From the IMG/VR virus record IMGVR_UViG_3300025697_000021, positions 4,127 through 68,126 of that record: a DNA stretch of 64,000 nt. One strand, written 5' to 3'. A program made the translations under genes and the position numbers. The DNA comes from a virus. Each line of letters begins with the position of its first letter. The first letter of the stretch is position 1. Below the pieces are notes generated by a model. The model did no database searches, was not told where the DNA came from, and saw nothing but the letters and a program-made list of their open reading frames with translations. Positions 8,069-16,178 of the stretch are shown here, piece by piece.

Positions 8069-8523
8069 TCAGTTGCTACTACGGTCTGCTTAGGCCAATG
8101 CTTAGGCAGGTCCGCAGTCCTTTCCCACATGGTTTGAATAGTCTCACGAGGTACTCCATGAGTACACCTCGCAAATGCCTCATCCAATGAACATATAGTA
8201 TGTATAAACTCTACTTCAGCATTATGCAGATCGGCTACCATCACATAGGGAGACATCTCGTGTAATTGAGTATTTGTATTGTCGACAACTATTAGTTCAT
8301 CCTCTCTGCGAAGAGCATCAACAAAGCTTTTAAAGCACTCTGCGTGGGCTTCTCCAATTTTAGCAGGATCCCAATTATAATCTCCTTCCTCATTAATGTG
8401 GAAATTGTCAGCTGACACAATGGTTTTGGTTGAGGATTCGGAAGAGTTGTTTAGCTTAACTCGTTGAGCTAAATTGCTCTTTCCGGATCCTGGGACACCT
8501 CTCATAATAATCACTTTACTCAT
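8065..8523 (-). CDS. P-loop polynucleotide-kinase-like protein (AAA_33 / N4BP2-like)
   Basis: MRGVPGSGKS Walker A, SADNF, IVVDNTN, R-x-THGVP. Confidence 0.85.
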   Translation of the reverse strand: MSKVIIMRGVPGSGKSNLAQRVKLNNSSESSTKTIVSADNFHINEEGDYNWDPAKIGEAHAECFKSFVDALRREDELIVVDNTNTQLHEMSPYVMVADLHNAEVEFIHTICSLDEAFARCTHGVPRETIQTMWERTADLPKHWPKQTVVATD

Positions 8524-8875
8524 TTTCTTTCTCCTCCCGCATTATATGCTCCTCTGCTAGCTCTGACCACCAATGTTCACCCCCTAAGCGCTGAACGATA
8601 ATATATTCACAGATACTGCTACAATCTCGCCCCAGCTCATCACGCAGGATCGGACAATTTAACACTTTCTGTCTTACAACCAGCGTTGACTTGTGCGCCA
8701 GTGCTAGATACCACCCAGGAGCCAGTATAGGCTTCTGGTATACAGGAATCTCCCTATCTACTACTTCCTGATAAGTATAAATATGCCTCCCCGTAAGAGC
8801 ATGCCGCTCCTCTACCGTCCCTACATACTCTTCGGTGTCTGTGAGGTATACGTCATAATAGCGTTTTTTACTCAT
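8516..8875 (-). CDS. hypothetical protein (paralog of 36038..36379)
   Basis: Shared YD...YQEV...IPVY..P...GWYL...VVR. Confidence 0.65.
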   Translation of the reverse strand: MSKKRYYDVYLTDTEEYVGTVEERHALTGRHIYTYQEVVDREIPVYQKPILAPGWYLALAHKSTLVVRQKVLNCPILRDELGRDCSSICEYIIVQRLGGEHWWSELAEEHIMREEKENE

Positions 8876-8880
8876 TTTCC

Positions 8881-9060
8881 TTATCCTTTCTCTGAAGTTC
8901 GTACTTTAAACCCGAACCACTTGAAGCCCGCGTTTAGCCAATGTTGTCCACAAGGGCAGGTTGATAGGTACACAAATTCACCAGTTGATGTATCAATGTG
9001 CAAGAACCGGAGCAGGTAGAGCGGTCTATGAATTCCTAGTCTGCATAATAGTTGTCTCAT
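8881..9060 (-). CDS. small Cys/His protein (59 aa)
   Basis: Hand translation MRQLLCRLGIH...TCPCGQHW; SD AGGAG; promoter upstream. Confidence 0.6.
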   Translation of the reverse strand: MRQLLCRLGIHRPLYLLRFLHIDTSTGEFVYLSTCPCGQHWLNAGFKWFGFKVRTSEKG

Positions 9061-9078
9061 TTTATTTCTCCTATTGAT

Positions 9079-9107
9079 AATTTAACGCATCTTGGGCAGG
9101 GAGTCAA
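9079..9107 (-). promoter_or_regulatory. sigma70-type promoter
   Basis: TTGACT-N17-TAAATT. Confidence 0.7.
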
Positions 9108-9113
9108 GGACTT

Positions 9114-9434
9114 TTATCTAATAACTAACCATTCGCGTAGCTTTTCCGGCATGGGGAGGCTTAAGGAATCGGGATTGGTAAGGTCTCTTTTGCTTGGATC
9201 TACGTCGAATTCTGAAGCCTTCCATAAATTGCTTGGAATACATCCTCTCATAACAAGACTCTTTAATTCACATTCCCAATCATGTACCATAGAATAGATG
9301 GTTGCGGCATCTATGCTATGGTACATGTACTTAGTAGCTAGCATCTCCATAATCTGGTATATTTCTTTCTGGGCAGCATGCTTATCTACGAGTGACCATG
9401 CTCGCCTAGTAATTACTGGGTTTTTAGGTGTCAT
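9114..9434 (-). CDS. hypothetical protein
   Basis: Start MTPKNP in TAATG overlap with SD AAGGAG. Confidence 0.6.
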   Translation of the reverse strand: MTPKNPVITRRAWSLVDKHAAQKEIYQIMEMLATKYMYHSIDAATIYSMVHDWECELKSLVMRGCIPSNLWKASEFDVDPSKRDLTNPDSLSLPMPEKLREWLVIR

Positions 9435-9721
9435 TACCAAAGCTCCTTAGCTATGATTTTTCTAATACCCTTAGCCTCTAAAAAAGTGTCAGGGTAGACC
9501 TTGAGAATGCTCCTATCGTACGTTATACAAAGGCTCATAAAGTCCTGATCGCCAGTATCAAAGGCTACCTCGTACTCTTCGAACAAGTCGGCTAGCTTAG
9601 TCAGGAAGTCGATCTTGGCAATCTTCCTCTCTTCATACCAATCAATCAGTTCCGATGAGAGTTCTTCAAATTCCAGAATACAACAATTAGGTTTCAGGCA
9701 CTTGAGCGGCTGAAAGGTCGC
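9434..9721 (-). CDS. start-less ORF of the FLxxLAxLLEKY paralog family (non-canonical start or pseudogene)
   Basis: Open frame ...KIDFLTKLADLFEEYEVAF...FLEAKGIRKIIAKELW*; its stop is TAATG-coupled to the next gene. Confidence 0.5.
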   Translation of the reverse strand, partial: ATFQPLKCLKPNCCILEFEELSSELIDWYEERKIAKIDFLTKLADLFEEYEVAFDTGDQDFMSLCITYDRSILKVYPDTFLEAKGIRKIIAKELW

Positions 9722-9821
9722 TTAGGTAAGACTTAAGCGTTGGTAGACACTTAAGGTAAACCGTAATATCATGTAGCCATCTAAAACTGACCCACTGTTT
9801 TTTAGAAGAATTCGAAACCAT
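9687..9821 (-). CDS. small hypothetical protein (44 aa)
   Basis: Hand translation MVSNSSKKQWVSFRWLHDITVYLK...; fills the gap. Confidence 0.35.
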   Translation of the reverse strand: MVSNSSKKQWVSFRWLHDITVYLKCLPTLKSYLSDLSAAQVPET

Positions 9822-10335
9822 CAGTCCCCCATTCTTCTCGCTCTTCATCCTTCTCAATAGGTTTCTTACGTTTACTAAAGAAGAAGTCCATCATTTGGTC
9901 GCCCTCACTCGGACCCTCTTCTTTCTTCTTCTCCATTTTCTTAGGTGGAATTGTGTCAGCATCCTCATCCTCGTCCTCATCTAAGGCATCTCCATAGTAA
10001 TTGAAGGTATAGCTGCAGGTAAAGCTGAGTAGCTCGCTAGCCGTGCATACATCGTCAGGATCGGTAAGAGACTCTGTAAGGTCCAGTGCAGATAGAAGAA
10101 GCGGACAGATGCCCTTGCCGGGAGTTTTAGGAAATAGGGGCTCCTCATAAAAAATCTTAGGAGGCCCGCCATTCGAAGAAGGGCTCGCACAGAAGACTCG
10201 AAAGTCCCCCGTAACGGCAATATCATCAGGTTGTAGGCCCTTTTTAACACCAAGGATTCCTGTGTATCCATCTAGCATAACGAATTGGCCAACTGCCGGA
10301 ATAGCGTCCCGTATTTTTTCAATAACTTTTAACAT
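9802..10335 (-). CDS. hypothetical protein with acidic C-terminus
   Basis: Likely start MLKVIEK; start uncertain. Confidence 0.6.
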   Translation of the reverse strand: MLKVIEKIRDAIPAVGQFVMLDGYTGILGVKKGLQPDDIAVTGDFRVFCASPSSNGGPPKIFYEEPLFPKTPGKGICPLLLSALDLTESLTDPDDVCTASELLSFTCSYTFNYYGDALDEDEDEDADTIPPKKMEKKKEEGPSEGDQMMDFFFSKRKKPIEKDEEREEWGTDGFEFF

Positions 10336-10793
10336 CCGCATCCTTTCGAGCATTTCACACTGAACATCAGCGTTTGAGCGGGTGCTCCACAGTGATAGCA
10401 TGTTGTATCGTAGGTAGTGGTAGGTTCAACCGTGAAACGTTCTTGCCCCTCATCAGGCACGGGAGATTGGTGCATCGAGTGGCCCATCCGTGCATTTATC
10501 TCCATAACAAAATCGAACATAGTGTAAACGGGATGGGCGTGCAAAAGTATCCCAGGATCTGCCGTATTCGTCAGGCGCCTACACAAAGTATCAAAAAGTA
10601 AGTGCGTGTCGTTATAATCACGGTATGGGTGGGCGGAAGGTTTTTCGCCACAATACCACGTGACGTCGGTGTTGTGCTCTAAGTCCATAAGATAGCTCTC
10701 CCACCTTAATTTTTTACAGGAGGGGTCCACCCCCGCCTTCATCGACCACTCAAAACTGATCCACCTCGCGTTATTAGCATTACTCATTAACAA
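10329..10793 (-). CDS. hypothetical protein with C-terminal zinc ribbon
   Basis: CYHCGAPA...VKCSKGC, like 4318..4830. Confidence 0.65.
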   Translation of the reverse strand: MLMSNANNARWISFEWSMKAGVDPSCKKLRWESYLMDLEHNTDVTWYCGEKPSAHPYRDYNDTHLLFDTLCRRLTNTADPGILLHAHPVYTMFDFVMEINARMGHSMHQSPVPDEGQERFTVEPTTTYDTTCYHCGAPAQTLMFSVKCSKGCGC

Positions 10794-11029
10794 TCTCCTT
10801 CTTTAGGCTCGAGCGTAGACATGTCCAGGTCATCAACAAATTTGAATACCTTCTGGAGGACCACTGCAGCCTTCTTACCAACATCAGTCAAATAAGGCGT
10901 CAAGCCAATGATAGAGACGAACCCGTCCTCTACCAGCTCCGCTAAGAGCGTTGGGTCATATTCCATAGTGCCCATCAATAAGGAGATAAGCACTTCGCAC
11001 TTCATGACATATCTTTCTTCGCCGGTCAT
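10787..11029 (-). CDS. small winged-helix-like protein
   Basis: Start MTGEERY; LVEDGFV...YLTDVGK wing motif. Confidence 0.55.
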   Translation of the reverse strand: MTGEERYVMKCEVLISLLMGTMEYDPTLLAELVEDGFVSIIGLTPYLTDVGKKAAVVLQKVFKFVDDLDMSTLEPKEGDC

Positions 11030-11042
11030 TTTCCTAGTCCTT

Positions 11043-11624
11043 TTAAAAATCAGCTGAAATAACAGTTTCTTGAGAAAATTTAGGAGTACCAATAATATCA
11101 GCAAACCCATATTTTACAGCGTCTTTAGCTGATACTTGCCACTCCTTCTCGCTATCTTTAATCATCCTTAGCAGCTCAGCTTTTGTAAGATTAGATTTAT
11201 CAGCCATCATACGTATCATTCTAGAATTAAGTACCTTCGCATGCCCTACTCCTACTTCCATTGACGGTACATCTCCGATAACTGCCCCGGATGCAAAATG
11301 AATATGCAAAAAAGAATTAGAAGTTATAAACCGTTTACCCGTACCACAGATAGCAAGAGCCGCACCAGCAGAAGCCCCAATCCCCATTACAATAGTGTTT
11401 ACTGGTTTACTACAAGAAACCATTGCATCAATCATTCCAAAACAGGAATACACCATGCCACCAGGGGAAGAGATGTACACAAAAATCTCTTCAATCGTTG
11501 GGTCGGATTCAAATTTAAAAATACTTTGACAGAATCTTTGTGTTGACTCAAGCTCAAATTCCGTAACCCAGATACACGGAAGGGTTTCGACCAATGGCGC
11601 ACTTTCAATTCTAGATACCTGCAT
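11043..11624 (-). CDS. clpP: ClpP-family serine protease subunit
   Basis: YISSPGG, TIVMGIGASAG (catalytic Ser), KRF...FLHIH (His), SAKDAVKYGFADII. Confidence 0.85.
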   Translation of the reverse strand: MQVSRIESAPLVETLPCIWVTEFELESTQRFCQSIFKFESDPTIEEIFVYISSPGGMVYSCFGMIDAMVSCSKPVNTIVMGIGASAGAALAICGTGKRFITSNSFLHIHFASGAVIGDVPSMEVGVGHAKVLNSRMIRMMADKSNLTKAELLRMIKDSEKEWQVSAKDAVKYGFADIIGTPKFSQETVISADF

Positions 11625-12016
11625 TACTTACCTCCATTTACGAACAAATACTCGTTAAATACTACACAATTCTCTGTAAGGAGTTGTAGCATGCCTTCCG
11701 TATACTTATTTTGGAGTATACGGTTGTATATAGGGTTATTTTCATCTGCATGAGCGGAGAGACATAGCTTGTCTCTCTCGCTCAACTTCGTTTTATCAAG
11801 ATCTTCAAGAAGGGTTGTCGCCCCACCTATATAATAGGTGGGGCTGGTGGTTTTTGAGCCCTCCTCGAGTAGATCAAAGAAGAATGCCCTAACTCCTGTT
11901 CCTTCTTTATGAAGTTGGATAGCTCTGAAAAGGGCTTTAGCCTCATTCCAATCGGAAACCTCTTCACTACAGAAATAAGGTGCCTCATATAGCCAAAAAT
12001 GTACTTTCCGTTTCAT
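11624..12016 (-). CDS. hypothetical protein
   Basis: SD AGGAG; promoter upstream; TAATG coupling to clpP. Confidence 0.65.
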   Translation of the reverse strand: MKRKVHFWLYEAPYFCSEEVSDWNEAKALFRAIQLHKEGTGVRAFFFDLLEEGSKTTSPTYYIGGATTLLEDLDKTKLSERDKLCLSAHADENNPIYNRILQNKYTEGMLQLLTENCVVFNEYLFVNGGK

Positions 12017-12037
12017 TAAAAAAGTCTCCTTAACTCA

Positions 12038-12066
12038 ATAATAGCTACAATGGGAGAAGAAGTCAA
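12038..12066 (-). promoter_or_regulatory. sigma70-type promoter
   Basis: TTGACT-N17-TATTAT; the -35 contains the upstream TGA stop. Confidence 0.75.
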
Positions 12067-12473
12067 GCTTCTTTATCGCCTTCGTAGTATCCAATCAATT
12101 TACAGATGTCTTTTATCAACTTACGTGCTGCCGGTGTACATCTTATCATTTCCTCATCCTTGATCACGTTATCGTCTATGAAATACCCACACAGATCATG
12201 GAGCTTTCTGTAGTTGTCTAGTGTTTCTCCATCTGGTGTTTTGATACTATATTCTACAGTGGTATTTGAAAAGAAATCAGCCGTTAACGCCTGGGCGCTC
12301 TCAAATAATCGGTGCTCTGGTTTGTCACTAACTTCATCCATGGAATACGCGATACGTGCGCAGTCTGCGCTTTCTTCAATCGTTCGCCTGGTGATTTTCC
12401 CAGTAGTAGCTTTGCTGCTATGGTCTATAAACCAAACTTCTTGACCCATTTCAAATTTGAAAACTTCACTCAT
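12063..12473 (-). CDS. hypothetical protein, N-terminal SH3-like domain
   Basis: FKFEMGQEVWF...LFESAQAL; SD GGAGG. Confidence 0.65.
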   Translation of the reverse strand: MSEVFKFEMGQEVWFIDHSSKATTGKITRRTIEESADCARIAYSMDEVSDKPEHRLFESAQALTADFFSNTTVEYSIKTPDGETLDNYRKLHDLCGYFIDDNVIKDEEMIRCTPAARKLIKDICKLIGYYEGDKEA

Positions 12474-12475
12474 CT

Positions 12476-13003
12476 TTATCCTCCTTCTTCCATTTCTACT
12501 AGTTTATTCATGAACTTATTTATGGTTTGAACGAATTTCGAATCTTGTATGTAAAGCTCAGGAAGATACTCTACAAACTGCATTGCAATATTGGCGGCAA
12601 GGTCTTCTGCCAGCAGACTCACTGCTGCGAAGCAGTCTAACGCCTTAGTCCTCGTGGCAAACAAAGGCCGCCCCTTCAACCAGTCTTTACCCCGAGCGGT
12701 AAGCCGTTTGGCATCTAGGACCTGTTGGAGAGCTTCCCCGTAGACAGCATAGGATGAGGAGAGTCCAGATTCTTCCGCAATCACTCTAGCTTCATAGACG
12801 CAGTATATCATCCACTCCACTACTACTGAGGGCCCCGCTAGTCGGGGCAGTACCCATAGTCTATCCCGAGGCCGTATATTGAGCGAGTTAATCTCCCGTA
12901 ATGAAAGGCCGTCCTTTCCGTCCCACAACTGCGCTAATCTCTCTTCTGTGTATCCGGAACAGGGCTTGCACATCAGTACGTCTCCTATTGTGAATTTATT
13001 CAT
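12476..13003 (-). CDS. hypothetical protein
   Basis: 175-aa ORF in operon. Confidence 0.65.
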   Translation of the reverse strand: MNKFTIGDVLMCKPCSGYTEERLAQLWDGKDGLSLREINSLNIRPRDRLWVLPRLAGPSVVVEWMIYCVYEARVIAEESGLSSSYAVYGEALQQVLDAKRLTARGKDWLKGRPLFATRTKALDCFAAVSLLAEDLAANIAMQFVEYLPELYIQDSKFVQTINKFMNKLVEMEEGG

Positions 13004-13012
13004 CTTTATTCA

Positions 13013-13492
13013 CTAATCCTCCTTATTAATCATAAAAAACTGAGCACATCTCTTGCGCCAACCTTGTTTACCCGCTGCAATACGCTCTTTCTTAGTCATG
13101 TAGCAACCATCCCTAATAATACAGGGTGGTGGAGGCGGAGGCTTAATAGCATCTGCAGGTGGACTAGGATTTGATTCTTTTTTCATATTATTCCTCTCCA
13201 AAAATACCTTAGCTTCCCTAATAGCTTCCGTGACTTCTTCTGTATCCTGTTTAAGAGTATCAGCAACTTCCTTATCAGCGTGCATCCTCTCCGGAATTAG
13301 TTCCCAAATAACTACAGTGCGTATTTTTTCATACAGGGTAGTTGTGCATGAGTTACAAAGGGTAGGCGAAGGCTCGTCCCAAGGAGTCATCTCAAAAATA
13401 GCAGCCTCTATGAACAGGTTCTTATCTTGGATCATAGGATCGGAAAGGTCTTTCAGTGTTACTTCAGCTCCGCATTTATCACATATTATCAT
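13013..13492 (-). CDS. zinc-binding hypothetical protein
   Basis: ICDKCG...LCNSC; SD AGGAGG. Confidence 0.65.
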   Translation of the reverse strand: MIICDKCGAEVTLKDLSDPMIQDKNLFIEAAIFEMTPWDEPSPTLCNSCTTTLYEKIRTVVIWELIPERMHADKEVADTLKQDTEEVTEAIREAKVFLERNNMKKESNPSPPADAIKPPPPPPCIIRDGCYMTKKERIAAGKQGWRKRCAQFFMINKED

Positions 13493-13510
13493 AGTGAACC
13501 TCCTACAGTA

Positions 13511-13539
13511 ATAATAGAGGCCCGAAGATAAGAAGTCAA
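13511..13539 (-). promoter_or_regulatory. sigma70-type promoter
   Basis: TTGACT-N17-TATTAT. Confidence 0.75.
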
Positions 13540-13612
13540 GAAGTATTTGGGATTATATTAGGGGAGTAGTAGTTAAGGTATTACTTTAAGAAAGTGGCGT
13601 AAGTACTTGATA

Positions 13613-16129
13613 TCATGAGCATCCGCTAGATCCACCGCAGGCCAAGCAGTAATTACAAGTTCCGGCTGTAACAGTCACCCCACCGCATATAGGACAAAGG
13701 CCCCCAAGCGCAGAAGGTGGAGAGGATTTGATAGCCTTGATGATCTCTTCTTGGGCTTCTATATCCTCCGGAGTATTCATAAAGGTTTTCTCTACCCATT
13801 TGAAGATATAGTCAATGATAGAGTCAGCGAAGACAATATCAGGATTCTGCGTAATACCCTGAGGTTCGAATTTAGATCCTTTGAACTTATCCACCATGTG
13901 TCTTAGCGGTACGCCATATTGAAGCATCAGAGATATGGAGATAGCAAACGCATCCATCATACCTGAGATATTAGATCCCTCTTTCTGCATTTTGATGAAC
14001 ATCTCTCCAGGTGAGCCATCCGGATACATCCCTACGGTGATGTATCCTTCATGGCCCGTTATAGAGAACTTGTGAGTCTTTGAATCACGGTCATCCAGGA
14101 GGCGCTCTCGTCTTGTTCGAGGAGCTTCTATAGGGGATTGATCAGGTTGCACAATAGGGGCGTCAGAAGACTCCTCTGGAGTCTTCTTAGCCGTCATGGG
14201 TTGGTAGGCCTTGCATTGGTCTCTAAATAAAGCCACTGCCTTAAGCCCTAGGTGGTGCGCTTCCCAATAAATATCGTAGACCTCATCAACGGACGCATCC
14301 TTATGGAGATTTACCGACTTGGAAATACCTGAATGAAGATGGGCTTGGCAGGCTTCCATCATCTTTATATGTGAGTGGCCGCTTAGATCATTAGCAGTAT
14401 CAAAAATCCCGACACACTTGAAGACCTCCTCATCTGAGTAGTCAGCAACTTCCGGAATGTTATTCCGAACCCAGGCCAGCCCAGCCCGTACACAGTCCGG
14501 AGTCATTTCCAGCATCCCACCGCCGACTAGAGATTTGTAGGAAGTGAGCGCAAAGAGAGGCTCAACCCCGAAAGAGTCGCAGTCCATCATCAAACCAATA
14601 GTTCCAGTTGGAGCGAGAAGTGTTAATTGGGAGTTCCGTATTCCCGTGGATGCTAGTACCTCTTTAAATGTATTTAAGAGGGCGCTTCCTGCTAGAGTAC
14701 GTTCCATAATATCCAGCATCGCAATCTCAGAAGCTCCATCGAAAGCAGCAAAGGACCCGTGGTCCTTTGCCAAAGTAAGACTTGCATGATAGGCTGCTTC
14801 CGTCATCTCCATAGTAATTCGACTGGCCAGCGTCCTTGCTTCTTCAGAATGATACGCGAGTCCCTTCCTCATGAGCAACCCGCCTAGGCCTGAGAAGCCT
14901 AACCCCAGTGCTCTTGTATCCCGTGTAACCCTACCCACTCCCTCATTCGGATAGTGGGCCGGGTCTATCATAATATCCATAGCCTTTATAATAATCTGAA
15001 TGTCTTCAAAGAAAGCATTCTGGTTGAAGTCATTAGTATCGGTATCTAGATACTTAGTCAAGTTCATACTGGCCAAATTGCACGAGCTATTATTTACGAA
15101 ATGAAACTCACTACATGGGTTCGATCCACGAATTTCCCCCAAGCTAGGGACGGGATTGTCTAAGTTAATTCGGTCGTGGAACTGAACTCCGGGGTCTCCG
15201 GTCTTATGCGCGTGGAAGGCAACTAGCTCGAGTAGCTCTTTAGCATCAACTGTCTTAGCAATAGCGCCATCTCCTCTGTTGATTAGGTCCCAAGAGTCGC
15301 CATTCTCAACAGCTAGCATGAAAGCGTCAGTAATTCGAACTGAGTGATTAGTATTCTGGTAGGCTACGGTATCCTTAGCATCGTCATAGGAGTACCCAGC
15401 ATCCATGAGTACTCGTATCTTCTCCTCTTCCTCCGTTTTGCAAGCTATGAACTCCTCAATGTCTGGGTGGTCCATATCCATACAAATCATTTTAGCAGAC
15501 CTTCGGGTGCGCCCGCCACTCTTAACGGAGCCCGCTGATCTATCAAACCCTTGCAGAAATGAAATAGGACCCGAGCTACAGCCTTTATTGGAAAGCATCT
15601 CACCCTTAGCCCTTAAGTCAGAAATATTAGATCCCGAACCAGAACCATCCATAAAAATTTTCCCCTCAACGACGTAGTTATTGAGGATACTTTCCATGGT
15701 ATCCTCAATAGGGGTAATGAAACAAGCGGAGACTCGAGGACGTGCATCCGGAACGCCAATATTCATCCAGGTTGGACTATTGAAGGCGGCTTTCTGGTTG
15801 ACTAGGATGTCTTTAAGTGCGGTCTTAAACGCACAAGCCTGTGCTACTACCTCATCTATATCCCCGTCCTCTTCGTTTTGGGCACTATCGAAGTAGCCTT
15901 GATCAATGCCCCACTTAGTAATCTGGTCTACTACTCTGTCTATAATAGCAAAAGCACTGCACTCTGCATCCGTTGCGTACTTATCGGCACAAATTGTGGC
16001 AGCAGTCCTACTCCAAGCCTCCGGTACTTCAAATCCATCTTTTTGAAATACTATCTCTCCAGTTTTATCATTCTTAATGAGTACGTCTACTTTCTTAGAC
16101 GCATAAACGCAAGTATCCCTTTGAGCCAT
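13613..16129 (-). CDS. nrdJ: class II (adenosylcobalamin-dependent) ribonucleotide reductase with C-terminal TSCPD domain and zinc ribbon
   Basis: FNSPTWMNIG, SACFI, SGGRTRRSAKM, SNPCSEF, CNLASMNL, APTGTIG, GEMFI...SIIDYIF, CPICG...CLACG...GCS. Confidence 0.93.
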   Translation of the reverse strand: MAQRDTCVYASKKVDVLIKNDKTGEIVFQKDGFEVPEAWSRTAATICADKYATDAECSAFAIIDRVVDQITKWGIDQGYFDSAQNEEDGDIDEVVAQACAFKTALKDILVNQKAAFNSPTWMNIGVPDARPRVSACFITPIEDTMESILNNYVVEGKIFMDGSGSGSNISDLRAKGEMLSNKGCSSGPISFLQGFDRSAGSVKSGGRTRRSAKMICMDMDHPDIEEFIACKTEEEEKIRVLMDAGYSYDDAKDTVAYQNTNHSVRITDAFMLAVENGDSWDLINRGDGAIAKTVDAKELLELVAFHAHKTGDPGVQFHDRINLDNPVPSLGEIRGSNPCSEFHFVNNSSCNLASMNLTKYLDTDTNDFNQNAFFEDIQIIIKAMDIMIDPAHYPNEGVGRVTRDTRALGLGFSGLGGLLMRKGLAYHSEEARTLASRITMEMTEAAYHASLTLAKDHGSFAAFDGASEIAMLDIMERTLAGSALLNTFKEVLASTGIRNSQLTLLAPTGTIGLMMDCDSFGVEPLFALTSYKSLVGGGMLEMTPDCVRAGLAWVRNNIPEVADYSDEEVFKCVGIFDTANDLSGHSHIKMMEACQAHLHSGISKSVNLHKDASVDEVYDIYWEAHHLGLKAVALFRDQCKAYQPMTAKKTPEESSDAPIVQPDQSPIEAPRTRRERLLDDRDSKTHKFSITGHEGYITVGMYPDGSPGEMFIKMQKEGSNISGMMDAFAISISLMLQYGVPLRHMVDKFKGSKFEPQGITQNPDIVFADSIIDYIFKWVEKTFMNTPEDIEAQEEIIKAIKSSPPSALGGLCPICGGVTVTAGTCNYCLACGGSSGCS

Positions 16130-16178
16130 AAGACCTCCTTAGTCCATTCTCTCTTAGAGCGTTCCTATTAAATTGTTT

